Source: Escherichia coli (GTDB lineage: Bacteria; Pseudomonadota; Gammaproteobacteria; Enterobacterales; Enterobacteriaceae). Taken from it: a stretch of DNA of 64,000 nucleotides. Position 1 is the stretch's first letter. Every line of letters begins with the position of its first letter. The DNA lies in the NCBI RefSeq assembly GCF_044324875.1, contig NZ_CP172185.1; one strand, 5' to 3'. Below the pieces are notes generated by a model. That model searched no databases and was not told the DNA's origin. It worked only from the letters and a program-made list of their open reading frames with translations. The translations under genes and the position numbers were made by a program. Shown here piece by piece: positions 15,465 to 30,398 of the stretch.

Positions 15465-16229
15465 CTAACCCCCAACCACTTTACGCAAAATATCGATATA
15501 CACCGGCATCAAGGGGTGGCGAATTAACACCACCAGCGCCACCACGCCGATGGCAGAAATCAACGGCGTCAGCCACAACAAACGACCGCGCGACAAATAA
15601 TGACTTAAACGATCGGTTGCTTTGCCGCTGCGCCATAACCGCCAGCACAGCCAGCCCCCAACCCACAAAAATACCGCCGTCGCCAGCAGCAACCATTTAA
15701 ACTCACCACTCTGCATCCCGGCAGGAATATCGATCGCCGCACCCGCCAGAATCCCCGGCAGGAAGTAAAACGGTGGCCACAGCAGGCAGCCGATAATATT
15801 CGGCGTAATAAATTTTGCCACCGGCAGATCCAGCATTCCCGCCACCATTGGCACCAGCGGACGCGTCGGGCCAACAAAGCGACCGACCAGAATGGTGAAC
15901 ATGCTGTGTTGATGCAACGCATGTTCAGTTTTATCGAGTAATGCTTTGTTTTTCTTTAGAAATGACCAGCGATGCAATGGCTTTTTAAAACGCCAGCCCA
16001 GCCAGAAGGAGATCCAGTCGCCCAGCAGGCAACCGAAGATCCCTGCCAGCCAGGCGTGCCAGAAACTTAACTCGCCACTGCCAATCAGCGCCCCCAGTCC
16101 CGCCATTAGCACCGTACCGGGTAAAATCAAACCGACCAGCGCCAGCGACTCCAGAAAGGCCACCAACACCACCGCCATCAATGAATACACGGTGGATTGG
16201 GTAATAAAGTGTTCCAGCAATGCTTGCAT
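15465..16229 (-). CDS. yabI: DedA-family inner membrane protein
   Basis: 254 aa hydrophobic ORF, MQALLEHFITQSTVYSLMAVVLVAFLESLALVGLILPG; between thiQ and araC. Confidence 0.85.
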   Translation of the reverse strand: MQALLEHFITQSTVYSLMAVVLVAFLESLALVGLILPGTVLMAGLGALIGSGELSFWHAWLAGIFGCLLGDWISFWLGWRFKKPLHRWSFLKKNKALLDKTEHALHQHSMFTILVGRFVGPTRPLVPMVAGMLDLPVAKFITPNIIGCLLWPPFYFLPGILAGAAIDIPAGMQSGEFKWLLLATAVFLWVGGWLCWRLWRSGKATDRLSHYLSRGRLLWLTPLISAIGVVALVVLIRHPLMPVYIDILRKVVGG

Positions 16230-16314
16230 AATGTGCCTGTCAAATGGACGAAGCAGGGATTCTGCAAACCCTATGCTACTCCGTCAAGCCGTCAATTGTC
16301 TGATTCGTTACCAA

Positions 16315-17193
16315 TTATGACAACTTGACGGCTACATCATTCACTTTTTCTTCACAACCGGCACGGAATTCACTCGGGCTGGCCCCGGTGCATTTTTTAA
16401 ATACTCGCGAGAAATAGAGTTGATCGTCAAAACCAACATTGCGACCGACGGTAGCGATAGGCATCCGGGTGGTGCTCAAAAGCAGCTTCGCCTGACTAAT
16501 GCGTTGGTCCTCGCGCCAGCTTAAGACGCTAATTCCTAACTGCTGGCGGAACAGATGCGACAGACGCGACGGCGACAGGCAAACATGCTGTGCGACGCTG
16601 GCGATATCAAAATTGCTGTCTGCCAGGTGATCGCTGATGTACTGACAAGCCTCGCGTACCCGATTATCCATCGGTGGATGGAGCGACTCGTTAATTGCTT
16701 CCATGCGCCGCAGTAACAATTGCTCAAGCAGATTTATCGCCAGCAGCTCCGAATAGCGCCCTTCCCCTTGCCCGGCGTTAATGATTTGCCCAAACAGGTC
16801 GCTGAAATGCGGCTGGTGCGCTTCATCCGGGCGAAAGAAACCCGTATTGGCAAATATTGACGGCCAGTTAAGCCATTCATGCCAGTAGGCGCGCGGACGA
16901 AAGTAAACCCACTGGTGATACCATTCGCGAGCCTCCGGATGGCGACCGTAGTGATGAATCTCTCCTGGCGGGAACAGCAAAATATCACCCGGTCGGCAGA
17001 CAAATTCTCGTCCCTGATTTTTCACCACCCCCTGGCCGCGAATGGTGAGATTGAGAATATAACCCTTCATTCCCAATGGTCGATCGATAAAAAAATCGAG
17101 ATATCCGTTGGCCTCAATCGGCGTTAAACCCGCCACCAGATGGGCGTTAAACGAGTATCCCGGCAGCAGGGGATCATTTTGCGCTTCAGCCAT
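16315..17193 (-). CDS. araC: Arabinose operon regulator AraC
   Basis: ORF 16315..17244 trimmed to [35 protein letters not shown] (292 aa); AraC/XylS HTH C-terminus; divergent from araBAD. Confidence 0.93.
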
Positions 17194-19232
<2,039 letters not shown>

Positions 19233-19242
19233 GGACACGACA

Positions 19243-20745
19243 ATGACGATTTTTGATAATTATGAAGTGTGGTTTGTAATTGGCAGCCAGCATCTGTATG
19301 GCCCGGAAACCCTGCGTCAGGTCACCCAACATGCCGAGCACGTTGTTAATGCGCTGAATACGGAAGCGAAGCTGCCCTGCAAACTGGTGTTGAAACCGCT
19401 GGGCACCACGCCGGATGAAATCACCGCTATTTGCCGCGACGCGAATTACGACGATCGTTGCGCCGGCCTGGTGGTGTGGCTGCACACCTTCTCCCCGGCC
19501 AAAATGTGGATCAACGGCCTGACCATGCTCAACAAACCGTTGCTGCAATTCCACACCCAGTTTAACGCGGCGCTGCCGTGGGATAGCATCGATATGGACT
19601 TTATGAACCTGAACCAGACTGCACATGGCGGTCGCGAGTTCGGCTTCATTGGCGCGCGTATGCGTCAGCAACATGCCGTGGTTACCGGTCACTGGCAGGA
19701 TAAACAAGCCCATGAGCGTATCGGCTCCTGGATGCGTCAGGCGGTCTCTAAACAGGATACCCGTCATCTGAAAGTCTGCCGTTTTGGCGATAACATGCGT
19801 GAAGTGGCGGTCACCGATGGCGATAAAGTTGCCGCACAGATCAAGTTCGGTTTCTCCGTCAATACCTGGGCGGTTGGCGATCTGGTGCAGGTGGTGAACT
19901 CCATCAGCGACGGCGATGTTAACGCGCTGGTCGATGAGTATGAAAGCAGCTACACCATGACGCCTGCCACACAAATCCACGGCGAAAAACGACAGAACGT
20001 GCTGGAAGCGGCGCGTATTGAGCTGGGGATGAAGCGTTTCCTGGAACAAGGTGGCTTCCACGCGTTCACCACCACCTTTGAAGATTTGCACGGTCTGAAA
20101 CAGCTTCCGGGTCTGGCCGTACAGCGTCTGATGCAGCAGGGTTACGGCTTTGCGGGCGAAGGCGACTGGAAAACTGCCGCCCTGCTTCGCATCATGAAGG
20201 TGATGTCAACCGGTCTGCAGGGCGGCACCTCCTTTATGGAGGACTACACCTATCACTTCGAGAAAGGTAATGATCTGGTGCTCGGCTCCCATATGCTGGA
20301 AGTCTGCCCGTCGATCGCCGTAGAAGAGAAACCGATCCTCGACGTTCAGCACCTCGGTATTGGCGGTAAAGACGATCCTGCCCGCCTGATCTTCAACACT
20401 CAAACCGGTCCGGCCATTGTCGCCAGCTTGATTGATCTCGGCGATCGTTACCGTCTGCTGGTTAACTGCATCGACACTGTGAAAACACCGCACTCCCTGC
20501 CGAAACTGCCGGTGGCGAATGCGCTGTGGAAAGCGCAACCGGATCTGCCAACTGCTTCCGAAGCGTGGATCCTCGCTGGTGGCGCGCACCATACCGTTTT
20601 CAGCCATGCGCTGAACCTCAACGATATGCGCCAGTTCGCCGAGATGCACGACATTGAAATCACGGTGATTGATAACGACACCCGCCTGCCCGCGTTTAAA
20701 GACGCGCTGCGCTGGAACGAAGTGTATTACGGGTTTCGTCGCTAA
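19243..20745 (+). CDS. araA: L-arabinose isomerase
   Basis: 500 aa, [27 protein letters not shown]. Confidence 0.95.
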   Translation: MTIFDNYEVWFVIGSQHLYGPETLRQVTQHAEHVVNALNTEAKLPCKLVLKPLGTTPDEITAICRDANYDDRCAGLVVWLHTFSPAKMWINGLTMLNKPLLQFHTQFNAALPWDSIDMDFMNLNQTAHGGREFGFIGARMRQQHAVVTGHWQDKQAHERIGSWMRQAVSKQDTRHLKVCRFGDNMREVAVTDGDKVAAQIKFGFSVNTWAVGDLVQVVNSISDGDVNALVDEYESSYTMTPATQIHGEKRQNVLEAARIELGMKRFLEQGGFHAFTTTFEDLHGLKQLPGLAVQRLMQQGYGFAGEGDWKTAALLRIMKVMSTGLQGGTSFMEDYTYHFEKGNDLVLGSHMLEVCPSIAVEEKPILDVQHLGIGGKDDPARLIFNTQTGPAIVASLIDLGDRYRLLVNCIDTVKTPHSLPKLPVANALWKAQPDLPTASEAWILAGGAHHTVFSHALNLNDMRQFAEMHDIEITVIDNDTRLPAFKDALRWNEVYYGFRR

Positions 20746-20749
20746 GTAG

Positions 20750-20880
20750 CCGCATCAGGTGTGTAACGCCTGATGCGACGCTGACGCGTCTTATCAGGCC
20801 TACACGCTGTGATTTTGTAGGCCGGATAAGCAAAGCGCATCCGGCATTGTTTTCCCCCTCGCCCCTTTGGGGAGAGGGCC
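20750..20880. repeat. REP/BIME units followed by a GC-rich box C-like palindrome
   Basis: gcctgatgcgacgctgacgcgtcttatcaggcctac, gtaggccggataag..gcatccggc, then ccctcgcccctttggggagagggccggggtgagggg. Confidence 0.65.
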
Positions 20881-20913
20881 GGGGTGAGGGGAAACGACCT
20901 CTCAGGAGTCAAC

Positions 20914-21609
20914 ATGTTAGAAGATCTCAAACGCCAGGTATTAGAAGCCAATTTGGCGCTGCCAAAACATAACCTGGTCACGCTCACATGGGGCAACGTC
21001 AGCGCCGTTGATCGCGAGCGCGGCGTCTTTGTGATCAAACCTTCCGGCGTCGATTACAACGTCATGACCGCTGACGATATGGTCGTGGTCAGCATCGAAA
21101 CCGGTGAAGTGGTTGAAGGAACGAAAAAGCCCTCCTCCGACACGCCAACTCACCGGCTGCTCTATCAGGCATTCCCGTCCATTGGCGGCATTGTGCATAC
21201 GCACTCGCGCCACGCCACCATCTGGGCGCAGGCGGGCCAGTCAATTCCGGCAACCGGTACCACCCACGCCGACTATTTCTACGGCACCATTCCCTGCACC
21301 CGCAAAATGACCGACGCAGAAATCAACGGCGAATATGAGTGGGAAACCGGTAACGTCATCGTCGAAACCTTCGAAAAACAGGGGATCGACGCAGCACAAA
21401 TGCCCGGCGTTCTGGTCCATTCTCACGGCCCGTTTGCATGGGGCAAAAATGCCGAAGATGCGGTGCACAACGCCATCGTGCTGGAAGAAGTCGCTTATAT
21501 GGGGATTTTCTGCCGCCAGCTTGCTCCGCAGTTACCGGATATGCAGCAAACGTTGCTGGATAAACATTATTTACGTAAGCATGGCGCAAAAGCCTATTAC
21601 GGGCAGTAA
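20914..21609 (+). CDS. araD: L-ribulose-5-phosphate 4-epimerase
   Basis: ORF 20884..21609 trimmed to [30 protein letters not shown] (231 aa). Confidence 0.93.
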   Translation: MLEDLKRQVLEANLALPKHNLVTLTWGNVSAVDRERGVFVIKPSGVDYNVMTADDMVVVSIETGEVVEGTKKPSSDTPTHRLLYQAFPSIGGIVHTHSRHATIWAQAGQSIPATGTTHADYFYGTIPCTRKMTDAEINGEYEWETGNVIVETFEKQGIDAAQMPGVLVHSHGPFAWGKNAEDAVHNAIVLEEVAYMGIFCRQLAPQLPDMQQTLLDKHYLRKHGAKAYYGQ

Positions 21610-21640
21610 TGACTGTATAAAACCACAGCCAATCAAACGA

Positions 21641-21669
21641 AACCAGGCTATAATCAAGCCTGGTTTTTT
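21641..21669 (+). terminator. Rho-independent terminator after araD
   Basis: aaccaggc-loop-gcctggtt followed by ttttt. Confidence 0.6.
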
Positions 21670-21683
21670 ATTGGATTTTTAGC

Positions 21684-24035
21684 GTGGCGCAGGCAGGTTT
21701 TATCTTAACCCGACACTGGCGGGACACCCCGCAAGGGACAGAGGTCTCCTTCTGGCTGGCGACGGACAACGGGCCGTTGCAGGTTACGCTTGCACCGCAA
21801 GAGTCCGTGGCGTTTATTCCCGCCGATCAGGTTCCCCGCGCTCAGCATATTTTGCAGGGTGAACAAGGCGTTCGCCTGACGCCGCTGGCGTTAAAAGATT
21901 TTCACCGCCAGCCGGTGTATGGCCTTTACTGTCGCGCCCATCGCCAGTTAATGAATTACGAAAAGCGCCTGCGTGAAGGTGGCGTTACCGTCTACGAGGC
22001 CGATGTGCGCCCGCCAGAACGCTATCTGATGGAGCGGTTTATCACCTCACCGGTGTGGGTCGAGGGTGATATGCGCAATGGCGCTATCGTTAATGCCCGT
22101 CTGAAACCGCATCCCGACTATCGTCCGCCGCTCAAGTGGGTTTCTATTGATATTGAAACCACCCGCCACGGTGAGCTGTACTGCATCGGCCTGGAAGGTT
22201 GCGGGCAGCGCATCGTTTATATGCTGGGGCCAGAGAATGGCGACGCCTCCGCGCTCGATTTCGAACTGGAATACGTCGCCAGCCGCCCGCAGCTACTGGA
22301 AAAACTCAACGCCTGGTTTGCCAACTACGATCCCGATGTGATCATCGGCTGGAACGTGGTGCAGTTCGATCTGCGAATGCTGCAAAAACATGCCGAGCGT
22401 TATCGTATTCCGCTGCGGCTGGGGCGCGATAACAGTGAGCTGGAGTGGCGCGAGCACGGCTTTAAAAACGGCGTCTTTTTTGCCCAGGCCAAAGGGCGGC
22501 TAATTATCGACGGTATCGAGGCGCTGAAATCCGCGTTCTGGAATTTCTCTTCATTCTCGCTGGAAACCGTCGCTCAGGAGTTATTAGGCGAAGGAAAATC
22601 TATCGATAACCCGTGGGATCGAGTGGACGAAATTGACCGCCGTTTCGCCGAAGATAAACCTGCGCTGGCAACTTATAACCTGAAAGATTGCGAACTGGTG
22701 ACGCAGATCTTCCACAAAACTGAAATCATGCCATTTTTACTCGAACGAGCGACGGTGAACGGTCTGCCGGTGGATCGGCACGGCGGTTCGGTGGCAGCGT
22801 TTGGTCATCTCTATTTTCCGCGAATGCATCGCGCTGGTTATGTCGCGCCTAATCTCGGCGAAGTGCCGCCACACGCCAGCCCTGGCGGCTATGTGATGGA
22901 TTCGCGGCCTGGGCTTTATGATTCGGTACTGGTGCTGGACTACAAAAGCCTGTACCCGTCGATCATCCGCACCTTTCTGATTGATCCCGTCGGGCTGGTG
23001 GAAGGCATGGCGCAGCCTGATCCAGAGCACAGCACCGAAGGTTTTCTCGACGCCTGGTTCTCGCGGGAGAAACATTGCCTGCCGGAGATTGTGACTAACA
23101 TCTGGCACGGGCGCGATGAAGCCAAACGTCAGGGTAATAAGCCGCTTTCGCAGGCGCTGAAGATCATTATGAATGCCTTTTATGGCGTGCTTGGCACCAC
23201 CGCCTGCCGCTTCTTCGATCCGCGCCTGGCGTCGTCGATCACCATGCGTGGTCATCAGATCATGCGGCAAACCAAAGCGTTGATTGAAGCGCAGGGCTAC
23301 GACGTGATCTACGGCGATACTGACTCAACGTTTGTCTGGCTGAAAGGTGCACATTCGGAAGAAGAGGCGGCGAAAATCGGTCGTGCACTGGTGCAGCACG
23401 TTAACGCCTGGTGGGCAGAAACGCTGCAAAAACAACGGCTGACCAGCGCACTGGAACTGGAGTATGAAACCCATTTCTGCCGTTTTCTGATGCCAACCAT
23501 TCGCGGAGCCGATACGGGCAGCAAAAAGCGCTACGCCGGGCTGATTCAGGAGGGTGATAAACAGCGGATGGTGTTTAAAGGGCTGGAAACCGTGCGCACC
23601 GACTGGACGCCGCTGGCCCAGCAGTTTCAGCAGGAGCTGTACCTGCGTATCTTCCGCAACGAGCCATATCAGGAGTACGTCCGCGAAACCATCGACAAAC
23701 TGATGGCGGGTGAACTGGATGCGCGGCTGGTTTACCGTAAACGCCTTCGCCGTCCGCTGAGCGAATATCAGCGTAATGTTCCGCCTCATGTACGCGCCGC
23801 TCGCCTTGCCGATGAAGAAAACCAAAAGCGCGGTCGCCCCTTGCAATATCAGAACCGCGGCACCATTAAGTACGTATGGACCACCAACGGCCCGGAGCCG
23901 CTGGACTACCAACGTTCACCACTGGATTACGAACACTATCTGACCCGCCAGCTACAACCCGTGGCGGAGGGAATACTCCCTTTTATTGAGGATAATTTTG
24001 CTACACTTATGACCGGGCAACTTGGGCTATTTTGA
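21684..24035 (+). CDS. polB: DNA polymerase II (B family)
   Basis: 783 aa; [15 protein letters not shown]; exonuclease and polymerase motifs (YGDTDS); start appears to be GTG. Confidence 0.93.
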   Translation: MAQAGFILTRHWRDTPQGTEVSFWLATDNGPLQVTLAPQESVAFIPADQVPRAQHILQGEQGVRLTPLALKDFHRQPVYGLYCRAHRQLMNYEKRLREGGVTVYEADVRPPERYLMERFITSPVWVEGDMRNGAIVNARLKPHPDYRPPLKWVSIDIETTRHGELYCIGLEGCGQRIVYMLGPENGDASALDFELEYVASRPQLLEKLNAWFANYDPDVIIGWNVVQFDLRMLQKHAERYRIPLRLGRDNSELEWREHGFKNGVFFAQAKGRLIIDGIEALKSAFWNFSSFSLETVAQELLGEGKSIDNPWDRVDEIDRRFAEDKPALATYNLKDCELVTQIFHKTEIMPFLLERATVNGLPVDRHGGSVAAFGHLYFPRMHRAGYVAPNLGEVPPHASPGGYVMDSRPGLYDSVLVLDYKSLYPSIIRTFLIDPVGLVEGMAQPDPEHSTEGFLDAWFSREKHCLPEIVTNIWHGRDEAKRQGNKPLSQALKIIMNAFYGVLGTTACRFFDPRLASSITMRGHQIMRQTKALIEAQGYDVIYGDTDSTFVWLKGAHSEEEAAKIGRALVQHVNAWWAETLQKQRLTSALELEYETHFCRFLMPTIRGADTGSKKRYAGLIQEGDKQRMVFKGLETVRTDWTPLAQQFQQELYLRIFRNEPYQEYVRETIDKLMAGELDARLVYRKRLRRPLSEYQRNVPPHVRAARLADEENQKRGRPLQYQNRGTIKYVWTTNGPEPLDYQRSPLDYEHYLTRQLQPVAEGILPFIEDNFATLMTGQLGLF

Positions 24036-24198
24036 GCAAAAAAAGAGTTCGCCAGATACCATTTTGATGCGTGACGAATGCTTTGCCATCCAGTACCATA
24101 GCGCCCTTTCCATTCCTGGACCTGAATAACACCACTACCTCATAAGCACGGTAGCGGGTGGTTATTGCCTGCAATTAAAGATATAGAGCCGAACACAT

Positions 24199-27105
24199 AT
24201 GCCTTTTACACTTGGTCAACGCTGGATCAGCGATACAGAAAGCGAATTGGGACTTGGAACCGTTGTCGCGGTGGATGCGCGAACTGTCACTTTACTTTTC
24301 CCATCTACTGGTGAAAACCGTCTGTACGCACGCAGTGATTCCCCCGTGACCCGCGTGATGTTCAACCCTGGTGATACCATTACCAGCCATGACGGCTGGC
24401 AGATGCAAGTCGAAGAAGTAAAAGAAGAAAATGGCTTGCTGACCTATATCGGTACTCGCCTGGATACTGAAGAGTCCGGCGTAGCCCTGCGTGAAGTTTT
24501 CCTTGATAGCAAACTGGTGTTCAGCAAACCGCAGGACCGTCTGTTTGCCGGGCAGATTGACCGTATGGACCGCTTTGCGCTGCGTTATCGCGCGCGTAAG
24601 TATTCCAGCGAACAGTTCCGTATGCCGTACAGCGGCCTGCGCGGTCAGCGTACCAGCCTGATCCCGCACCAGCTCAACATCGCTCATGATGTTGGCCGCC
24701 GCCACGCGCCACGCGTCCTGCTGGCTGACGAAGTGGGTTTAGGGAAAACCATTGAAGCCGGGATGATCCTGCATCAGCAACTGCTCTCTGGCGCTGCTGA
24801 ACGTGTGCTGATTATCGTCCCGGAAACCTTACAGCATCAGTGGCTGGTAGAAATGCTGCGCCGTTTCAACCTGCGCTTTGCTCTGTTTGATGATGAGCGT
24901 TATGCCGAAGCTCAGCACGATGCTTACAACCCGTTCGATACCGAACAGCTGGTGATTTGCTCGCTGGATTTTGCCCGTCGTAGCAAACAGCGTCTGGAAC
25001 ATCTCTGTGAAGCCGAATGGGATCTGCTGGTGGTCGATGAAGCCCATCACCTGGTGTGGAGCGAAGATGCGCCGAGCCGCGAATATCAGGCCATTGAACA
25101 ACTGGCAGAGCATGTGCCGGGCGTTCTGCTGCTGACCGCAACCCCGGAACAGCTGGGGATGGAAAGCCACTTCGCCCGTCTGCGTCTGCTGGACCCGAAC
25201 CGTTTCCACGATTTCGCGCAGTTCGTTGAAGAGCAGAAAAATTATCGTCCGGTAGCAGATGCCGTTGCCATGCTGCTGGCAGGTAACAAACTGAGCAATG
25301 ATGAACTGAACATGCTCGGTGAGATGATCGGCGAGCAGGATATCGAGCCGCTGTTGCAAGCAGCAAACAGCGACAGCGAAGATGCACAGAGCGCCCGTCA
25401 GGAACTGGTTTCCATGCTGATGGATCGCCACGGCACCAGCCGCGTGCTGTTCCGTAACACCCGTAACGGTGTGAAAGGCTTCCCGAAACGCGAGCTGCAC
25501 ACCATTAAGCTGCCGCTGCCGACACAGTATCAGACGGCTATTAAAGTCTCCGGAATTATGGGCGCACGTAAAAGTGCGGAAGACCGCGCTCGCGATATGC
25601 TCTACCCGGAGCGTATTTATCAGGAATTTGAAGGCGATAACGCCACCTGGTGGAACTTCGATCCGCGCGTTGAGTGGCTGATGGGCTACCTGACCAGCCA
25701 TCGCTCTCAGAAAGTGCTGGTGATCTGCGCCAAAGCTGCCACTGCGCTGCAACTGGAGCAAGTACTGCGCGAACGTGAAGGTATTCGCGCCGCGGTATTC
25801 CACGAAGGTATGTCGATTATTGAACGTGACCGCGCTGCCGCCTGGTTTGCTGAAGAAGACACCGGTGCGCAGGTACTGCTGTGCTCGGAAATCGGTTCTG
25901 AAGGACGTAACTTCCAGTTTGCCAGCCACATGGTGATGTTTGACCTGCCATTCAACCCGGATCTGCTGGAACAGCGTATTGGTCGTCTGGATCGTATCGG
26001 CCAGGCGCACGATATTCAGATCCATGTGCCTTATCTGGAGAAAACTGCTCAGTCGGTGCTGGTGCGCTGGTATCACGAAGGTCTGGATGCATTCGAGCAC
26101 ACCTGCCCGACCGGACGCACTATTTACGATAGCGTATACAACGATCTGATTAACTATCTGGCTTCACCGGATCAAACCGAAGGCTTTGACGATCTGATCA
26201 AAAACTGCCGCGAGCAACATGAAGCGCTGAAAGCACAGCTGGAACAAGGTCGTGACCGCCTGCTGGAGATCCATTCCAACGGTGGCGAAAAAGCCCAGGC
26301 ACTGGCAGAAAGCATTGAAGAGCAGGATGACGATACCAACCTGATCGCCTTCGCCATGAACCTGTTCGATATTATCGGTATCAATCAGGACGATCGCGGC
26401 GACAACATGATCGTGCTGACGCCGTCCGATCATATGCTGGTGCCGGACTTCCCTGGCCTGTCGGAAGACGGTATTACCATTACCTTCGACCGTGAAGTGG
26501 CGCTGGCGCGTGAAGATGCACAGTTTATTACCTGGGAACATCCGCTGATCCGCAACGGTCTGGATCTGATCCTTTCTGGCGATACCGGTAGCAGCACGAT
26601 TTCACTGTTGAAAAACAAAGCGTTGCCGGTAGGTACGCTGTTGGTGGAACTGATTTACGTGGTTGAAGCCCAGGCTCCGAAGCAGTTGCAGCTCAACCGC
26701 TTCCTGCCACCGACGCCGGTACGTATGCTACTGGATAAAAACGGCAACAACCTGGCAGCGCAGGTGGAGTTTGAAACCTTTAACCGTCAGCTTAACGCGG
26801 TTAACCGTCACACCGGCAGCAAACTGGTTAACGCCGTGCAGCAGGATGTTCACGCGATCCTTCAGTTGGGTGAAGCACAGATCGAGAAATCTGCCCGTGC
26901 ACTGATTGATGCCGCACGTAACGAAGCCGACGAAAAACTGTCTGCCGAGCTGTCTCGTCTGGAAGCTCTGCGTGCAGTGAACCCGAACATTCGTGACGAC
27001 GAACTGACCGCCATTGAGAGCAACCGTCAGCAGGTAATGGAAAGCCTGGATCAGGCAGGCTGGCGTCTGGATGCCCTGCGTTTGATCGTTGTGACGCATC
27101 AGTAA
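24199..27105 (+). CDS. rapA: RNA polymerase-associated SWI2/SNF2 ATPase RapA (HepA)
   Basis: 968 aa; [23 protein letters not shown]; helicase motifs [13 protein letters not shown]. Confidence 0.93.
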
Positions 27106-27116
27106 CGGAGCCGAAA

Positions 27117-27776
27117 ATGGGGATGGAAAACTACAATCCACCGCAGGAACCCTGGTTGGTTATCCTGTATCAGGATGACCATATTATGGTGGTCAACAAG
27201 CCGAGCGGTTTGTTGTCTGTGCCGGGTCGTCTGGAAGAGCACAAAGACAGCGTGATGACGCGCATTCAGCGTGATTATCCGCAGGCGGAATCGGTGCATC
27301 GTCTGGATATGGCTACCAGCGGCGTGATTGTAGTGGCGCTGACCAAAGCCGCGGAGCGGGAGTTAAAACGCCAGTTCCGCGAGCGCGAGCCGAAAAAGCA
27401 GTATGTGGCCCGCGTCTGGGGGCATCCATCCCCCGCAGAAGGTCTGGTGGATCTGCCGCTGATTTGCGACTGGCCAAACCGCCCGAAACAGAAAGTCTGT
27501 TACGAAACGGGTAAACCTGCGCAGACGGAGTATGAAGTGGTGGAGTATGCGGCGGATAACACGGCAAGAGTGGTGTTAAAACCGATTACCGGGCGTTCGC
27601 ATCAATTGCGTGTGCATATGCTGGCGCTGGGTCATCCGATTCTCGGCGATCGTTTTTATGCCTCACCAGAAGCGAGAGCGATGGCACCGCGTTTGTTACT
27701 ACATGCAGAGATGCTGACGATTACCCATCCGGCGTATGGCAATAGTATGACGTTTAAAGCGCCAGCGGATTTTTAA
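27117..27776 (+). CDS. rluA: 23S rRNA/tRNA pseudouridine synthase RluA
   Basis: 219 aa; HRLDMATSGV catalytic Asp motif. Confidence 0.92.
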   Translation: MGMENYNPPQEPWLVILYQDDHIMVVNKPSGLLSVPGRLEEHKDSVMTRIQRDYPQAESVHRLDMATSGVIVVALTKAAERELKRQFREREPKKQYVARVWGHPSPAEGLVDLPLICDWPNRPKQKVCYETGKPAQTEYEVVEYAADNTARVVLKPITGRSHQLRVHMLALGHPILGDRFYASPEARAMAPRLLLHAEMLTITHPAYGNSMTFKAPADF

Positions 27777-27797
27777 TAGTCACGCTGGCGAAGTTCG

Positions 27798-27860
27798 GTA
27801 GGCCGGAGAAGGCGTTCACGCCGCATCCGGCAATTTTGCGCCGATTGCCTGATGCGACGC
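27798..27860. repeat. REP/BIME unit and the left half of an interrupted palindromic unit
   Basis: ggtaggccggagaaggcgttcacgccgcatccggc then gcctgatgcgacgc directly abutting the IS left end. Confidence 0.6.
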
Positions 27861-27915
27861 GGGCTGAACTGCACCCCAAATGTTGGACATAATCTGACAT
27901 CTGAAGGTGCAGTTT

Positions 27916-28437
27916 ATGAAACATTCATTTGAAGTAAAACTTGCCGCTGTAAATCACTACCTGGCTGGTCATGCAGGCATCATTTCTACGGCAAAACTCT
28001 TTCAACTTTCTCACACCAGCCTCTCACACTGGATTAATCTTTTTCTTCTTCACGGTCCTCGGGCACTGGATTGCAGACACAAGCGTAGCTATTCTCCTGA
28101 AGATAAACTTTGCGTGGTTCTTTATGCTCTCGGGCATTCTGAGTCTCTACCCCGGGTAGCTGCCCGGTTTAACATTCCCAGCCACAACACGGTTAAAAAC
28201 TGGATAAAAGGCTACCGCAAATCTGGTAATGAGGCCTTTATCAGGCGCTGGAAGGAGAAAAGCATGACCCGTTCTGATGATACCCATGAAAACGAGGCAA
28301 ACATGACGCCGGAAGAGATGAAGAATGAGCTGCGTTATCTTCGCGCAGAAAATGCATATCTGAAAGCCATGCAGGAGCATCTCCTGGAAAAAAAGCGCCA
28401 GGAGCTGGAGAAAAAACGAAAGTCATCCGGAGCCTGA
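27916..28437 (+). CDS. IS3-family transposase OrfA (HTH DNA-binding)
   Basis: ORF 27907..28437; ATG at 27916 with gaagg SD; HTH region plus C-terminal leucine zipper-like LRYLRAENAYLKAMQEHL. Confidence 0.8.
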   Translation: MKHSFEVKLAAVNHYLAGHAGIISTAKLFQLSHTSLSHWINLFLLHGPRALDCRHKRSYSPEDKLCVVLYALGHSESLPRVAARFNIPSHNTVKNWIKGYRKSGNEAFIRRWKEKSMTRSDDTHENEANMTPEEMKNELRYLRAENAYLKAMQEHLLEKKRQELEKKRKSSGA

Positions 28438-28541
28438 GGTGCGGACACTGCCAGTCTGACCTGTTAAAGGCTGCAGGGCTGGCCAGAAGCACGCTGTACT
28501 ACCAGCTGTCACTGCAGAAGGCTAAGGACAAGTATGCTGAT

Positions 28542-29296
<755 letters not shown>

Positions 29297-29328
29297 CACC
29301 GCGTCTTATCAGGCCTACACGTTGAAAC

Positions 29329-30144
29329 TTATTTAAACCCTTTCTGCTGCTTTATCAGCTCGTAGGCCTGCTGAATTTCCTGCGCTTTCTGCTTCGCCAT
29401 CTCCATCATCTCTGGCGGCAAACCTTTCGCCACCAGCTTATCGGGATGGTGTTCACTCATCAGCTTACGGTAGGCACGTTTGATTGTGGTCGCATCATCC
29501 GTCGGCTTCACGCCCAAAACATTACAGGCATCTTCCAGCGTCGGGCCACGCTGCGCTTGCTGCCAGTTACCACCGCCAGATTGCTGCTGATAACCGCCGC
29601 CAAACTGTGCACCGCCCTGCATCATGCGCAAAAACTGGTCAAACTGGGCGCGGGAGATCCCTAATTCTTCAGCAATAACATACAGCACCGCCCGTTCATT
29701 CGGGTGCAGTGAACCATCAGCAAACGCCGCCTGAATCTGGATCTCCAGAAACATACGAATTAAGTCAAAACGACCAAAGCAAACACTGCGAAACTGGCGC
29801 ATCTTTTCGCGCAGCGGGTAATTGTCTGATTTTCCCACCCGGAACGCGTTTTGCGCCGCAGTACGGGAAGCGCCATGAAGGTTCATTCGGTCCATCAACT
29901 GGCTGGCGATATGAATATCAGCCTCTGTGACGCGACCTTTGGATTTGGTTAAATGCCCCATCACTTCAAAAGTGGTGGCAAAAAACAGCGCCTGACGCTC
30001 ACGCTGGTTGGCGAACCACGCCATTTTACGGCTACGGGCTTTATCAAACATATGGCCAATTAACAGGCCTAACACTACGCCCCAAAAGCCGCCGCCCATC
30101 AGTAAGGCCACGGCCACGCCAATGATTTTTCCCCAATACTGCAT
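29329..30144 (-). CDS. djlA: DnaJ-like membrane co-chaperone DjlA
   Basis: ORF 29329..30189 trimmed to [22 protein letters not shown] (271 aa); C-terminal J-domain HPD motif. Confidence 0.9.
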   Translation of the reverse strand: MQYWGKIIGVAVALLMGGGFWGVVLGLLIGHMFDKARSRKMAWFANQRERQALFFATTFEVMGHLTKSKGRVTEADIHIASQLMDRMNLHGASRTAAQNAFRVGKSDNYPLREKMRQFRSVCFGRFDLIRMFLEIQIQAAFADGSLHPNERAVLYVIAEELGISRAQFDQFLRMMQGGAQFGGGYQQQSGGGNWQQAQRGPTLEDACNVLGVKPTDDATTIKRAYRKLMSEHHPDKLVAKGLPPEMMEMAKQKAQEIQQAYELIKQQKGFK

Positions 30145-30398
30145 ATATTCCCCAAATCGACACACGGATATCAGGGCTATCTCCCACAATATAAAGGTGC
30201 TTTTACCGTTTTCCGGCTGCGGTCAATTGTGGGACATCGCCTATAATTTGCATTATCATACCTGTCATTCAATGCCGTGCCTAACACCACTGACGCTATT
30301 CGGACAGGATTAACACTAGCGTAGAGATGACGAGTACGTTAGTCTCTGACCGTTTGTCACGCGCAACGTTACCGATGATGGAACAATAAAATCAACGT

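Noticed and set aside
25025-25032. Chi site (GCTGGTGG) inside rapA
   Set aside because: Single occurrences of the Chi octamer are expected at this frequency in E. coli-type genomes; not a local feature of interest.
24829-26100. 423-aa ORF on the minus strand
   Set aside because: Lies entirely antisense to rapA, a well-supported helicase gene; the open frame is a by-product of codon bias in a GC-rich coding region.
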